DNA of 64,000 bases from Candidatus Nomurabacteria bacterium RIFCSPLOWO2_01_FULL_39_18 (GTDB taxonomy: Bacteria > Patescibacteriota > Minisyncoccia > Phycocordibacterales > UBA9973). The translations under genes and the position numbers were made by a program. Below the pieces are notes generated by a model. The model was not told the origin of the DNA and made no database searches. It saw only the letters and a list, made by a program, of their open reading frames with translations. Below, piece after piece: positions 36,618-46,454 of this stretch (its first letter is position 1; the number at the start of each line of letters is the position of its first letter). The DNA lies in contig MFUV01000006.1 in NCBI GenBank assembly GCA_001787005.1, positions 16,197-80,196 of the forward strand, read 5' to 3'.

Positions 36618-38771
36618 ATGTATAATCTAATAATGGATTCCCCGGAAATACCCTTTAATAAAGAACTTACTTATCTCGGTATTACTACTTATCGGGACAA
36701 AAATACTCTTTTTGGCATCAAGCGCAAAGACAGACGTCAGCATGTTTACATGCTCGGAAAGTCCGGTACTGGTAAATCGGTATTGATGTTTAATATGATT
36801 ATTCAGAACATCCAGAACGGCGAGGGGGTCTGTTTGGTTGATCCGCATGGAGAAAATGTCGAAGGAGTTTTGTCTGCCATTCCGCCGCACCGCATGAAGG
36901 ATGTGGTTTATTTCAATCCCGCTGATGCCGACTATCATATCGGTTTTAATGTTTTAGAGTTGGTTGACCCTCAATATAAGCACTTGGTGGCTTCTGGACT
37001 AATGGGAATATTTACGAAGATTTGGGCGAATGCCTGGAGCGCTCGAATGGAATATATTCTAAACAATTGTATTCTGGCGCTCCTCGATACTCCAGGGACG
37101 ACGCTTCTCGGAATTCCTCGAATGCTGGTGGACAAGGACTATCGTCAGAAAATAATTTCCAATTTAAAAGATCCGGTGATTAAGGCTTTCTGGGTGCACG
37201 AATACGAAGCTTGGCAGGACAAATTTAGAAATGAAGCGATTGCTCCGATTCAAAACAAAGTCGGGCAGTTTCTTTCTACTTCTATTATCCGAAATGTCGT
37301 TGGTCAATCCAAAAGTACGATCAATATTTTTGACATGATGAATAACGGCAAGATCTTTTTAGTAAATGTTTCCAAAGGGCGTATTGGCGAGGACAATTCC
37401 GCGCTTCTCGGGGGCATGATTATTACCAAGATTCAGCTTGCCGCCATGGAGCGTGTGCGCATTCCCGAAGAGTCGCGTAAAGACTTCTATCTCTATGTGG
37501 ACGAATTTCAAAACTTTGTGACGGACGCTTTCGCCGGCATTCTTTCAGAGGCTCGCAAATATCGATTAAATTTGACCGTAGCTCATCAATACACTGCCCA
37601 GCTTATTTCAGACAAAAGCTCGGCGGTGCGCGATGCCATATTTGGCAACGTCGGTACGATGATAATCTTTCGCGTGGGGGCGGACGATGCGGAATTTCTA
37701 GAAAAAGAATTTGAACCGGAGTTTACTCCGCAGGATATTGTGAATCTGCCGAATTATAAAATTTATTTGAAATTGATGATTGACGGCGTGACCTCTCGTC
37801 CTTTCTCCGCGAAAACAATGCCCCAGATGGTGAAATCGGGGAATAAAGAAGTTGAACAAGAAGTAATAAGATCTTCTCGCGAGCTTTATTGCCGGCCGAA
37901 AGATGTTGTGGAAAGAGAAATTAATAATTGGAGCGGAATGTCGCTTGGCAATGATAGCGATGGAGGCAGTAGTGCGCTAGAAAAATTCCCCGTCATCTGC
38001 TCGCTTTGCAAGAAGGAGACGACAGTGCCTTTCAAGCCAGAAAAGGGCAGGGCAGTATATTGCAAAGATTGTATTGCGAAAATAAAATCCGGAGAAGTCA
38101 AAGTGGAGAAAGGGTCAGAGAATCAGATCAAGCACGATGAAACAAAATTTTATAAACCGCTGGCTGACCTCGGAATAGAATTTGAGCGGAAAGACGCTGG
38201 ACACGTTGAAGAAGAAAACAGGCATCCCGAAAGGACTGATACGCATACTACCAAAACCACTCTTCCACCGCACAAATCAAGCGTTCTTGGAGCTATTAAA
38301 AAACCTGCCCGACCAGATGACCCTGGTCGTTCGAGCGGGGTTTTTCATCATGATGATGAAAGTAAAAAAACAAAAGACAATGTAGCCTTGAGAGAAGTTT
38401 TAAACAAAACGCTTACGGCGCCTACTCCGAAACCAGAGCCCCAGGCTAGTCAGCCCAGAGAGGAAGTTTCACTTGATGCTTTGAAAAATAAAGTTAAAGA
38501 TATTGCTGCTACTTCCAAACCTGCTCACAATGCTGCGGTAGGTACTACAGGCAAAGACCGTGCCGCAGGTCCAGAAGAAATGGGTAAATTGAAGGATTTA
38601 ATCGCGGCTAAATCCAGCGAAACTGTACCGCCCGAAGTTGAGAAAAAACCAGAACCTACTCCTATTCCAACTCCTCCACCTGCACCAGAAAAGAAAGTTG
38701 TAGAGCCCCCACTGACCAAGGGCAATATAAAAGAAGTGCCAGAAGATGTGTTAATGAAAATTCTAGAGTAA
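36618..38771 (+). CDS. FtsK/HerA/VirD4(TraG)-like P-loop ATPase with a C-terminal zinc ribbon and a low-complexity tail; no transmembrane anchor.
   Basis: Walker A is HVYMLGKSGTGKS and Walker B is FYLYVDEFQNF. EARKYRLNLTVAHQYTAQL is coupling-protein-like. The zinc ribbon is CSLCKKETTVPFKPEKGRAVYCKDCIAK. There is a paralog at 44842. Confidence 0.6.
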   Translation: MYNLIMDSPEIPFNKELTYLGITTYRDKNTLFGIKRKDRRQHVYMLGKSGTGKSVLMFNMIIQNIQNGEGVCLVDPHGENVEGVLSAIPPHRMKDVVYFNPADADYHIGFNVLELVDPQYKHLVASGLMGIFTKIWANAWSARMEYILNNCILALLDTPGTTLLGIPRMLVDKDYRQKIISNLKDPVIKAFWVHEYEAWQDKFRNEAIAPIQNKVGQFLSTSIIRNVVGQSKSTINIFDMMNNGKIFLVNVSKGRIGEDNSALLGGMIITKIQLAAMERVRIPEESRKDFYLYVDEFQNFVTDAFAGILSEARKYRLNLTVAHQYTAQLISDKSSAVRDAIFGNVGTMIIFRVGADDAEFLEKEFEPEFTPQDIVNLPNYKIYLKLMIDGVTSRPFSAKTMPQMVKSGNKEVEQEVIRSSRELYCRPKDVVEREINNWSGMSLGNDSDGGSSALEKFPVICSLCKKETTVPFKPEKGRAVYCKDCIAKIKSGEVKVEKGSENQIKHDETKFYKPLADLGIEFERKDAGHVEEENRHPERTDTHTTKTTLPPHKSSVLGAIKKPARPDDPGRSSGVFHHDDESKKTKDNVALREVLNKTLTAPTPKPEPQASQPREEVSLDALKNKVKDIAATSKPAHNAAVGTTGKDRAAGPEEMGKLKDLIAAKSSETVPPEVEKKPEPTPIPTPPPAPEKKVVEPPLTKGNIKEVPEDVLMKILE

Positions 38772-38894
38772 GGATGTCATTCTAACATTCTATAATTAGC
38801 AGTGAGAGAGAAATAATAAGTTTACTTAATTATTACGAACGAATGAACTAATTATATTGTATCCAGTTATATAGAACATTAGAATAAGAATAAA

Positions 38895-39239
38895 ATGAAT
38901 ATAAAAATTGTAAAAAGTAAAATGTCAGAAGAAGAACTTCGTGAAATTGCTAAGGATTTTTACAGCACTATGGTAAAAGGCGTTGTTGATGTTGAAAATG
39001 AAACTCTAGCTCTCGGTGGAGAATATCATATGGATGCGAATGCTGTGCTTCTGGAGAATGGCTCAGTCCAGCGAAATATCTGGGGTTTTAATTGGTATTT
39101 CGACAAGCCAAAAGAAGAACAGCTTGAATATGTCTCGCTTATAAATATTCGTCCGATGCAAGGTAATAGAATGATGGAAGTGCAAGATTCGATTTTACGC
39201 GACAAGATGAAAAAAATAATATTAAAATATCTGTCATGA
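38895..39239 (+). CDS. Hypothetical protein.
   Basis: Called from the ORF; it is translationally coupled (ATGA) to the next ORF. Confidence 0.35.
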   Translation: MNIKIVKSKMSEEELREIAKDFYSTMVKGVVDVENETLALGGEYHMDANAVLLENGSVQRNIWGFNWYFDKPKEEQLEYVSLINIRPMQGNRMMEVQDSILRDKMKKIILKYLS

Positions 39240-39526
39240 ATACTGCCCGTACCCCACTTTTTTATATGGCGAATCTTGGAAGCGAAATTTCTCGGGCTAT
39301 TTCAGAGTACCAAAAAGACGATTTTATAAACATGCATAATTCAATACTTCGTGCACAAAATATAATACAAAAAATCAAAGAATTTTCGGAGATGAAAGGG
39401 AGAACGAGCGAGCTTGAGATCTTAGAATCTATAATAGGAGATTTAGACCAAAAAAAACTTGAAGTGGATAAAAATCAACTTCTTGATTATTTTTCTCCAT
39501 TTGCAATTAGGTTAATGGCAATGTGA
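39236..39526 (+). CDS. Hypothetical protein.
   Basis: Called from the ORF; its stop overlaps the ABC transporter start. Confidence 0.35.
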   Translation: MNTARTPLFYMANLGSEISRAISEYQKDDFINMHNSILRAQNIIQKIKEFSEMKGRTSELEILESIIGDLDQKKLEVDKNQLLDYFSPFAIRLMAM

Positions 39527-41313
39527 TGCAAAGCGAAACAAAAACACAATCACAAACCTCTACGGCGAATTTTTCCTGGCTAGATATACCTAAGTCAATT
39601 TGGTATTTTTTGGATGAGGATAAGCCGAGATTTCTTTTTTATTCTATTTGTCTTTTATTAATTTTATTTTATGATCTTGTTCCACCATATCTCGTTGGTA
39701 AAATAATTGATTTTCTTTCTACTTATAATACAGGACAATCACTACACTCGTTTTACTTTTATATAATTTTTATTACTGTCAGTTTTCTCTTAGCTTCACT
39801 CGTTAGGCTAAAAAGTAGAAATGCTATAGCTATTATGGCAGTCAAGGCTCGAGCCAGAGCTAGGATCTGGGGTTTTGAAAGATTGACTGAATTTTCACTT
39901 GAATGGCATCGCAAAGAAAATACTGGTAATAAGTTAGAAAGAATTTTTACTGGAGCTGAGGCTATTTCAAGGTGGCTTAGGATGTTTCGATCAGATTTAT
40001 TAAAAATTTTTGTAAACACCATAGGTATGTCTATAGCTTTTGGTTTTACTGATTTCAAAATTGTTTCCTTGGTAATTATATACGTAGCATTTTTTTTGTT
40101 TATTGAATTTTATTTTGGTAAAAAAGTTTTTAGTTTAAGTAATCAATTTAACAGTCTAAATCAGAAAGCAGGAGGTACGTATGTTGAATCCGCAAGCAAC
40201 ATGCTTTCTATAAAAGCGCTAGGGAGTGAATCTGGGATGAATGAACGTGTTTTTGGCCGAGAAACATTATCGCGTAATATAGCTATTAAAAAACATAATA
40301 CTATTAATAAAAAATGGCGCTTACTTCATTTTTTAAATAGTGGGGCACTAGGTCTGTTTATTTATTTTTCGGGTATGTCAGTCATATCTCAGGCTATTAC
40401 CATAGGAACAGTTTTAGTATTTTTTACTTATTTTTATAAGCTACAGGGATATATGGCTGATATTAGTGAATTACATTTAGACCTTATTGATTCTAAATCC
40501 GATCTAGGGAACATGATGCCAATATTTAGAGAAACGGAATTTATTAAAACGGGCAACGATCCTTTTCCTAAGAATTGGCAGAACATTGAAATTAAAAATG
40601 CTTCCATGGACTATGGATCCGGGCAGATGGGACTGAATGATTTTAATTTAACTTTACAGAGGAATACGAAAACGGGAATTGCTGGGTTGTCAGGTTCGGG
40701 TAAATCTACTCTGGCAAAAATTATCTTAGGGTTATACGCGCTCCGGTCCGGAGAGTTTAAGATTGGCAATAAAAATTATTATTCTATTTCTCACAATGAA
40801 ACATTAAGCCATCTTACTGTGGTATTGCAAGAAACTGAACTTTTCAATCTTTCTTTGCGAGAAAATATCACGATGATGCGTGAAGAAAATAAAGAACTCA
40901 TGGATATGGCGGTAGAGATTTCTCAATTGGGAGAAGTAATTGATCGCTTACCCGAGAAGCTTGACTCATTGATAGGAGAAAAAGGATACATGCTCTCGGG
41001 CGGAGAGCGTCAGCGTCTCGGCATCGCTCGGGCAATTTACAAAAATGCGTCCATTGTGATATTGGATGAAGCTACTTCATCGCTTGATTCTGAAACAGAA
41101 GGAAAAATTATGGAGAAGCTTTTAGGAGAATACGGTAAAGATAAAACATTTTTAATAATTGCGCATCGTTTGGGAACTTTGAGGTATACCGACAATATTG
41201 CGGTAATGGAAAGGGGACAGGTTGTTGAAGAGGGCAGTTATGATAAATTAATGAATGATCCCAATTCGGTTTTCCATAGAATGAATAAAGAACAAAAGAA
41301 AAATGATAAATAG
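39523..41313 (+). CDS. ABC exporter with fused permease and ATPase (MsbA/MdlB-like half transporter).
   Basis: Six predicted TM helices precede the NBD. Walker A is GLSGSGKSTLAKII, the signature is LSGGERQRLGIARA and Walker B is IVILDEATSSLD. There is no C39 peptidase domain. Confidence 0.85.
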   Translation: MMQSETKTQSQTSTANFSWLDIPKSIWYFLDEDKPRFLFYSICLLLILFYDLVPPYLVGKIIDFLSTYNTGQSLHSFYFYIIFITVSFLLASLVRLKSRNAIAIMAVKARARARIWGFERLTEFSLEWHRKENTGNKLERIFTGAEAISRWLRMFRSDLLKIFVNTIGMSIAFGFTDFKIVSLVIIYVAFFLFIEFYFGKKVFSLSNQFNSLNQKAGGTYVESASNMLSIKALGSESGMNERVFGRETLSRNIAIKKHNTINKKWRLLHFLNSGALGLFIYFSGMSVISQAITIGTVLVFFTYFYKLQGYMADISELHLDLIDSKSDLGNMMPIFRETEFIKTGNDPFPKNWQNIEIKNASMDYGSGQMGLNDFNLTLQRNTKTGIAGLSGSGKSTLAKIILGLYALRSGEFKIGNKNYYSISHNETLSHLTVVLQETELFNLSLRENITMMREENKELMDMAVEISQLGEVIDRLPEKLDSLIGEKGYMLSGGERQRLGIARAIYKNASIVILDEATSSLDSETEGKIMEKLLGEYGKDKTFLIIAHRLGTLRYTDNIAVMERGQVVEEGSYDKLMNDPNSVFHRMNKEQKKNDK

Positions 41314-42979
41314 TGAAACCAAAACCTGTAAAAAATGCAAGCAAGAATTCATAATTGAACCGGACGATTTTTCTTTTTATGAGAAAATGAAAGTTCCGGT
41401 GCCGGAGATATGCCCTGACTGCCGTTTCAAGATGCGGGCAGTTTTTCGCAACGAGCGGACGCTTTACAAAAGGACTTGCGGTCTATGCAATCGCTCTATC
41501 ATCACAATGTACAGTCCGAATTCTCCCTATATTGTGTATTGTAATGACTGCTTTATTTCTGATAAATGGGATCCGTATTCTTATGCGATGGATTACGAGC
41601 CGTCTAAGTCATTTTTTGAGCAATTAAAAGAACTTACCATAAAAGTTCCAAAATCCGCCACCTACAGCAGCACGTCTACGGGTGTAAATATCAACAGCGA
41701 GTATTCTAACTTTGCCGGAGGCAATAAAGATGGTTATTTGATTTTTAATTCCGGTCCGGGAAATGAAAACTGCGCGTATTCTCGTGGCATCATTGGGGCT
41801 CGAGATGTTTTCGATGTTTATTATGGCGATGAAATTGAAAATACATATGAATGTGTGAATGTCCACAAGAACAACGGGGTGATTTATGGGCAAAACATAT
41901 CTGACTCTATAGATTCTCGTTTTGTCTCAAATTGCTTTGGTTGTACAAATTGTTTCGGATGCGTGAATCTTCGCCATAAATCCTATTATTTTTTTAATGA
42001 ACCGATGAAAAGAGATGAATGGCTCGAGCGTGTTAAAGAATTTTCTGGGAGTTACGCAAAAACAGAAGAGATGAAACGGAAATTTTCAGAATTTTCTCTG
42101 AAGTTCCCTCGTCGTGAGAATAATAATTTAAAAACTACAAATTGTTTCGGAGACTATATTTTTGAATCAAAAAATTGCCATCAATGCTTCGAGGTTTCCT
42201 TTTGTGAAGATATGCGATATTCCTTCTCTGTAAAACGGGGCAAAGATTGCGCTGATATGATCGGGCATTGTCGCAGTTCAGAGCTATTATACAACGGCGT
42301 CGGCGTCGGGGCTGGTGCAAGGAATGTTATTTGCTCGTGGTGGGTTGAAAGTTCCCAAGATGTTCTATATTCATTTGTGACTCGCCAAAGCAGTAATTGC
42401 ATCGGCTGCGATGGTGTTAAAGGCGGGAGTTTCGTTATTTTAAACAAGCGCTATAATGAAGACGAATACATAAAAATTAGATCTCAAATCACAGAAGAAT
42501 TGAAGGCGGAAGGTGTCTACGGAGACTTTTTTCCAGCCGAGCTTTCTTTTTTTGCTTATAATGAAACTATCGGGCAGGACAACAGACCCCTTACGCGCGA
42601 GGAAGCTCTTTCAGAAGGTTTCAGGTGGGAAGATGAAATTCAGAAAACAGAAGGGAAAGGAACCCTGAAGACTGAAGACATTCCAGACAAAATAAAAGAT
42701 GTGGAAGATAGTATTCTGGAAGAAGTGCTAACCTGCACCAAATGTTCCAGGAATTATCGTTTGATCAGACGTGAGTTGGAGTTTTACAGGAAAATGCTGA
42801 TTCCTATTCCTCGAGAATGTTGGAATTGTCGATTTACTGACCGCATCCTCCGCCGAGGTCCGTATAAATTCTGGGATCGCACTTGCGCAAAATGTAATAA
42901 AGAAATTATTACCAATTATGCCCCCGACAGACCGGAGATAGTGTACTGTGAAAAGTGTTACCAGCAGGAGGTGTATTGA
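41303..42979 (+). CDS. Large cysteine-rich protein, paralog 4.
   Basis: The N-terminus is KTCKKCKQEFIIEPDDFSFYEKMKVPVPEICPDCR and the C-terminus is YAPDRPEIVYCEKCYQQEVY. Confidence 0.55.
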   Translation: MINSETKTCKKCKQEFIIEPDDFSFYEKMKVPVPEICPDCRFKMRAVFRNERTLYKRTCGLCNRSIITMYSPNSPYIVYCNDCFISDKWDPYSYAMDYEPSKSFFEQLKELTIKVPKSATYSSTSTGVNINSEYSNFAGGNKDGYLIFNSGPGNENCAYSRGIIGARDVFDVYYGDEIENTYECVNVHKNNGVIYGQNISDSIDSRFVSNCFGCTNCFGCVNLRHKSYYFFNEPMKRDEWLERVKEFSGSYAKTEEMKRKFSEFSLKFPRRENNNLKTTNCFGDYIFESKNCHQCFEVSFCEDMRYSFSVKRGKDCADMIGHCRSSELLYNGVGVGAGARNVICSWWVESSQDVLYSFVTRQSSNCIGCDGVKGGSFVILNKRYNEDEYIKIRSQITEELKAEGVYGDFFPAELSFFAYNETIGQDNRPLTREEALSEGFRWEDEIQKTEGKGTLKTEDIPDKIKDVEDSILEEVLTCTKCSRNYRLIRRELEFYRKMLIPIPRECWNCRFTDRILRRGPYKFWDRTCAKCNKEIITNYAPDRPEIVYCEKCYQQEVY

Positions 42980-43015
42980 TTGTCTTATTCGTACGAATAG
43001 GTAAATAGAAAAAGT

Positions 43016-44758
43016 ATGAAAAGCGAAACTAAAAAATGTCAAAATTGCAAAAAAGATTTCACCATCGAACCGGAGGATTTTAATTTCTACCAAAAAATCA
43101 AAGTCCCACCACCGACTTTTTGCCCGGAGTGCCGGATGCAGAGGCGGATGGCTTGGCGTAATGAGCGCACACTTCATAGAAACAAATGCGCGAAGACAGG
43201 CAAGAGCCTGGTGAGCTGTTTTGCGGCTGATTCTCCTTTTACAATCTTTGAGCGGGACATTTGGTGGGGTGATGAATGGGATCCACGCGACTATGGACAG
43301 GACTATGATTTCAACAAACCGTTTTTTGCCCAATTTCGGGAGCTTATGGAGCGAACACCTCAACCCAACCTCTTTATAGGCAAATGCGTGAATACTTTTT
43401 ATGGTAATTATATTGGCGAGTTTAAGAATTCTTATCTTGTTTCTGCTTCCTGGGGCGGGGAGGATGTGTATTATTCTTCTCGAGTTCAAAATTCGAAAAA
43501 CTGTATGGATATGTTTACCTCAGGGGATTGTCAATTCTGCTACGACGACATCTCTTCCTCTAAGTGCTACGAAACATTTTTTTCCCAATATGCGGAGGCT
43601 TGCACGAGCTCCTATTTTCTTTACGATTGCAAAAATTGCATAAATTGTTTTGGCTGTACTAATTTACGCAACAAATCTAATTGTATGTGGAATGAACAAC
43701 TTACTAAAGAAGCATATGACAAGCAACTCAAAGAATTAAATTTGAATAGTTTCAAAAATTTAATGCTAGCCAAAGAAAAGTTTGAGAATTTAAAAATGAA
43801 AGCCATCAGACGATATGCCAACATAATTCGGTCTACAAATGTTTCTGGTGATAACATTATAAATTCAGACAATTGCCAGAATTGCTTTGATCTCTTCGGT
43901 GAAGTTAAGGACTGCAAATTTATCACCAACTGTGCGATTAAATTCTATACAAGTTATGATGGTTATGGCGTAGGAGCGAATTCTGAGCTCGTATATGAAG
44001 CCATGGATTCTGGAGTGGATGCCTCTCGGCTCCTTTTTACTCTGACTGCCTGGGAGTGTCTTAATACTGAATATTGTATAAATTGCCACGGCTCCAACAA
44101 TCTCTTTGGTTGTGTAGGTCTACGTAATAAAAGTTACTGTATTTTGAATAAACAATACACCAAGGAAGAATTTTTGAAACTGCGAGAGGAAATCATGAAG
44201 CACATGATGGAGATGCCATATTCCGACAAAAGGGGAAATGTGTACAGGTATGGAGAATATTTCCCGGCAGAGATTTCACCCTTCGGCTACAACGAGACTG
44301 TGGCACGGGATTATTTTCCAATAAATAAAAACGATATCATCAAAAATGGCTATAAATACATTGAGAAAGAGAAGCCAGAATACCAAGCCACTCGTATGGC
44401 AAAATATCTGCCTGACAATATCAAAGATACCGATGAACAGATTCTAAAGGAGGTTATTGAGTGTGAATCCTGTAGGAGACCTTTCAAGATTATCGAAAAT
44501 GAACTTATTTTCTTAAAAAGATTTAATCTTGCGTTGCCGAGGAAATGTTTTGAGTGTCGTCACCAAGAAAGATTTAAAAAAGTTAATCCTCCCAAACTCT
44601 ATCACCGGCAGTGCATGTGTGGCGGTGCAGAGTCACCAAGAACGACAGTGGAGCATAGCCACTCTGGTCAATGCACGAACGAATTCGAGACCTCTTATGC
44701 CCCCGAACGACCAGAAATAGTGTACTGCGAGAAATGCTTCCAGCAGGAAGTTTACTGA
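43016..44758 (+). CDS. Large cysteine-rich protein, paralog 5.
   Basis: The N-terminus is KKCQNCKKDFTIEPEDFNFYQKIKVPPPTFCPECR and the C-terminus is YAPERPEIVYCEKCFQQEVY. Confidence 0.55.
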   Translation: MKSETKKCQNCKKDFTIEPEDFNFYQKIKVPPPTFCPECRMQRRMAWRNERTLHRNKCAKTGKSLVSCFAADSPFTIFERDIWWGDEWDPRDYGQDYDFNKPFFAQFRELMERTPQPNLFIGKCVNTFYGNYIGEFKNSYLVSASWGGEDVYYSSRVQNSKNCMDMFTSGDCQFCYDDISSSKCYETFFSQYAEACTSSYFLYDCKNCINCFGCTNLRNKSNCMWNEQLTKEAYDKQLKELNLNSFKNLMLAKEKFENLKMKAIRRYANIIRSTNVSGDNIINSDNCQNCFDLFGEVKDCKFITNCAIKFYTSYDGYGVGANSELVYEAMDSGVDASRLLFTLTAWECLNTEYCINCHGSNNLFGCVGLRNKSYCILNKQYTKEEFLKLREEIMKHMMEMPYSDKRGNVYRYGEYFPAEISPFGYNETVARDYFPINKNDIIKNGYKYIEKEKPEYQATRMAKYLPDNIKDTDEQILKEVIECESCRRPFKIIENELIFLKRFNLALPRKCFECRHQERFKKVNPPKLYHRQCMCGGAESPRTTVEHSHSGQCTNEFETSYAPERPEIVYCEKCFQQEVY

Positions 44759-44841
44759 CCTCACCCCCAGCCCCTCTCCTTGCCAAGGAGAGGGTGGCCG
44801 AAGGTCGGGTGAGGTGAATTATGTTATAATACTAAGACATT

Positions 44842-46353
44842 ATGCCGAAACCCAATCGAGTTCAAATAATCAAATATGGTCCGCCACCGCCAGAGTTACC
44901 CGTCTTCGGAAAAGTTAAACCCGAGGATGTTTCTTTTATTGGACGGACGAATTATGTAGCGTCGCTCGAAGAAAAGAAATTTATTTTCGGCATTAAGAGG
45001 ATAGATAGGCGCAGGCATTTGTATATTATTGGAAAATCCGGCGTGGGTAAATCAAAGCTTCTAGAACTTATGGTCAGACAGGATATAAGCTATGGACATG
45101 GATTGTGTTTTATCGATCCTCACGGCGATGAGTTTAAGAACATACTGGATTTTGTTCCAAAGGAGCGGATAGAAGATGTATGCATTATTGACCCCACGGA
45201 TAAAGAATTTCCGGTGTCATTTAATCCTCTTGCTAATGTTGATCCTGCTTTTAAATTCATTTTGACCCAAGGATTGATTGAAGTTTTTCAGAAACAATTC
45301 GGAGCTAATTGGACACCACGCCTAGAGCACGTCTTTCGTTTTACCTGTCTTGCGTTGCTTGACTACCCGCATGCGACCATGCGTGGAATGATTTCAATGT
45401 TGACGGACAGAAATTATAGGCAAAAAGTGGTGGAGTACATCACGGACGACATGGTAAAAAGATTCTTCGCTATAGAATTCGCCGACTGGTCGGAGAAGTT
45501 TGATACTGACGCCATTATTCCGCTTGTCAACAAGCTCGGGCAGTTCCTTTCTGACCCGCTACTCCGTAATATTTTCGGCCAGAAAGAAAACAAGGTTGAT
45601 ATTAGCTCGCTCATGAATGAAAAGAAAATTGTACTTATAAACATTTCCAAAGGTCAGTTGGGGGAAGAAAATTCCTCATTTCTTGGCTCTATATTTCTGA
45701 CCAAAATAAAACAAGCCGGAATGGAGCGTGCCTCAATGGACGAGTCCGCGCGTACCGACTTTTATCTTTATGTAGACGAGTTTCAAAATGTGGTTACGCA
45801 AACATTTGAAAATATTCTCTCTGAAGCTCGCAAATACGGACTGAACCTGACCATTGCGCACCAATACGTTGGCCAGATTATCACCAAAGTTCATCAAGCA
45901 GTTTTGGGAAATGTCGGGTCCGTGATAACTTTCCGCGTGGGTGGTGAGGATGCGGTGAAATTAAAGCCGGAATTCGCGCCGCTGTTTGATGTGAAAGATA
46001 TGATCAACCTCGCAGTCACAGAATTTTATATCAAAATGACAATAGACGGGGAGTCTTATGATCCTTTTTCTGCCGAGACTCTTCGTGTCTTGCCTCCGAC
46101 GCATCCATCATATCGGGAAGAAATTACTGCCGCATCTCGGCAAAAATATTCTATTCCGAAAGATGCTGCTGCAAAATTAATTGCCGAAGAAGAAACAACA
46201 ATCATCCGAAGCGCGGAGGAAAAAGCAATTATTGAAGGAAAATCCAAGAAAAAAACAAAGGGCGGGAAAGTGGTGGGCGAAGAGGAAGCGGGTGAGACTG
46301 AGACAGAAAACCCAAAGGCGAAGGCTTCACAGGAAGCCGAGCCCATGATTTAA
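44842..46353 (+). CDS. FtsK/HerA/VirD4(TraG)-like P-loop ATPase, a paralog of 36618-38771 without the zinc-ribbon tail.
   Basis: HLYIIGKSGVGKS, FYLYVDEFQNV and EARKYGLNLTIAHQYVGQI are present; it is collinear with the 717-aa paralog. Confidence 0.6.
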   Translation: MPKPNRVQIIKYGPPPPELPVFGKVKPEDVSFIGRTNYVASLEEKKFIFGIKRIDRRRHLYIIGKSGVGKSKLLELMVRQDISYGHGLCFIDPHGDEFKNILDFVPKERIEDVCIIDPTDKEFPVSFNPLANVDPAFKFILTQGLIEVFQKQFGANWTPRLEHVFRFTCLALLDYPHATMRGMISMLTDRNYRQKVVEYITDDMVKRFFAIEFADWSEKFDTDAIIPLVNKLGQFLSDPLLRNIFGQKENKVDISSLMNEKKIVLINISKGQLGEENSSFLGSIFLTKIKQAGMERASMDESARTDFYLYVDEFQNVVTQTFENILSEARKYGLNLTIAHQYVGQIITKVHQAVLGNVGSVITFRVGGEDAVKLKPEFAPLFDVKDMINLAVTEFYIKMTIDGESYDPFSAETLRVLPPTHPSYREEITAASRQKYSIPKDAAAKLIAEEETTIIRSAEEKAIIEGKSKKKTKGGKVVGEEEAGETETENPKAKASQEAEPMI

Positions 46354-46408
46354 GGAAACGCTTGACCAAGAGTTGTTTGCGAGTATAATATCACTATGTC
46401 AAAAGACC

Positions 46409-46440
46409 CCGAACGAAAGCAAGGCTTCGTACGGGGCAAG
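46409..46440 (+). promoter_or_regulatory. Conserved 32-nt motif (second copy) 14 nt upstream of dnaJ; it can form a CCCCG...CGGGG hairpin.
   Basis: ccgaacgaaagcaaggcttcgtacggggcaag is near-identical to 7179-7210. Confidence 0.4.
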
Positions 46441-46454
46441 CTATTATTCAAGAT

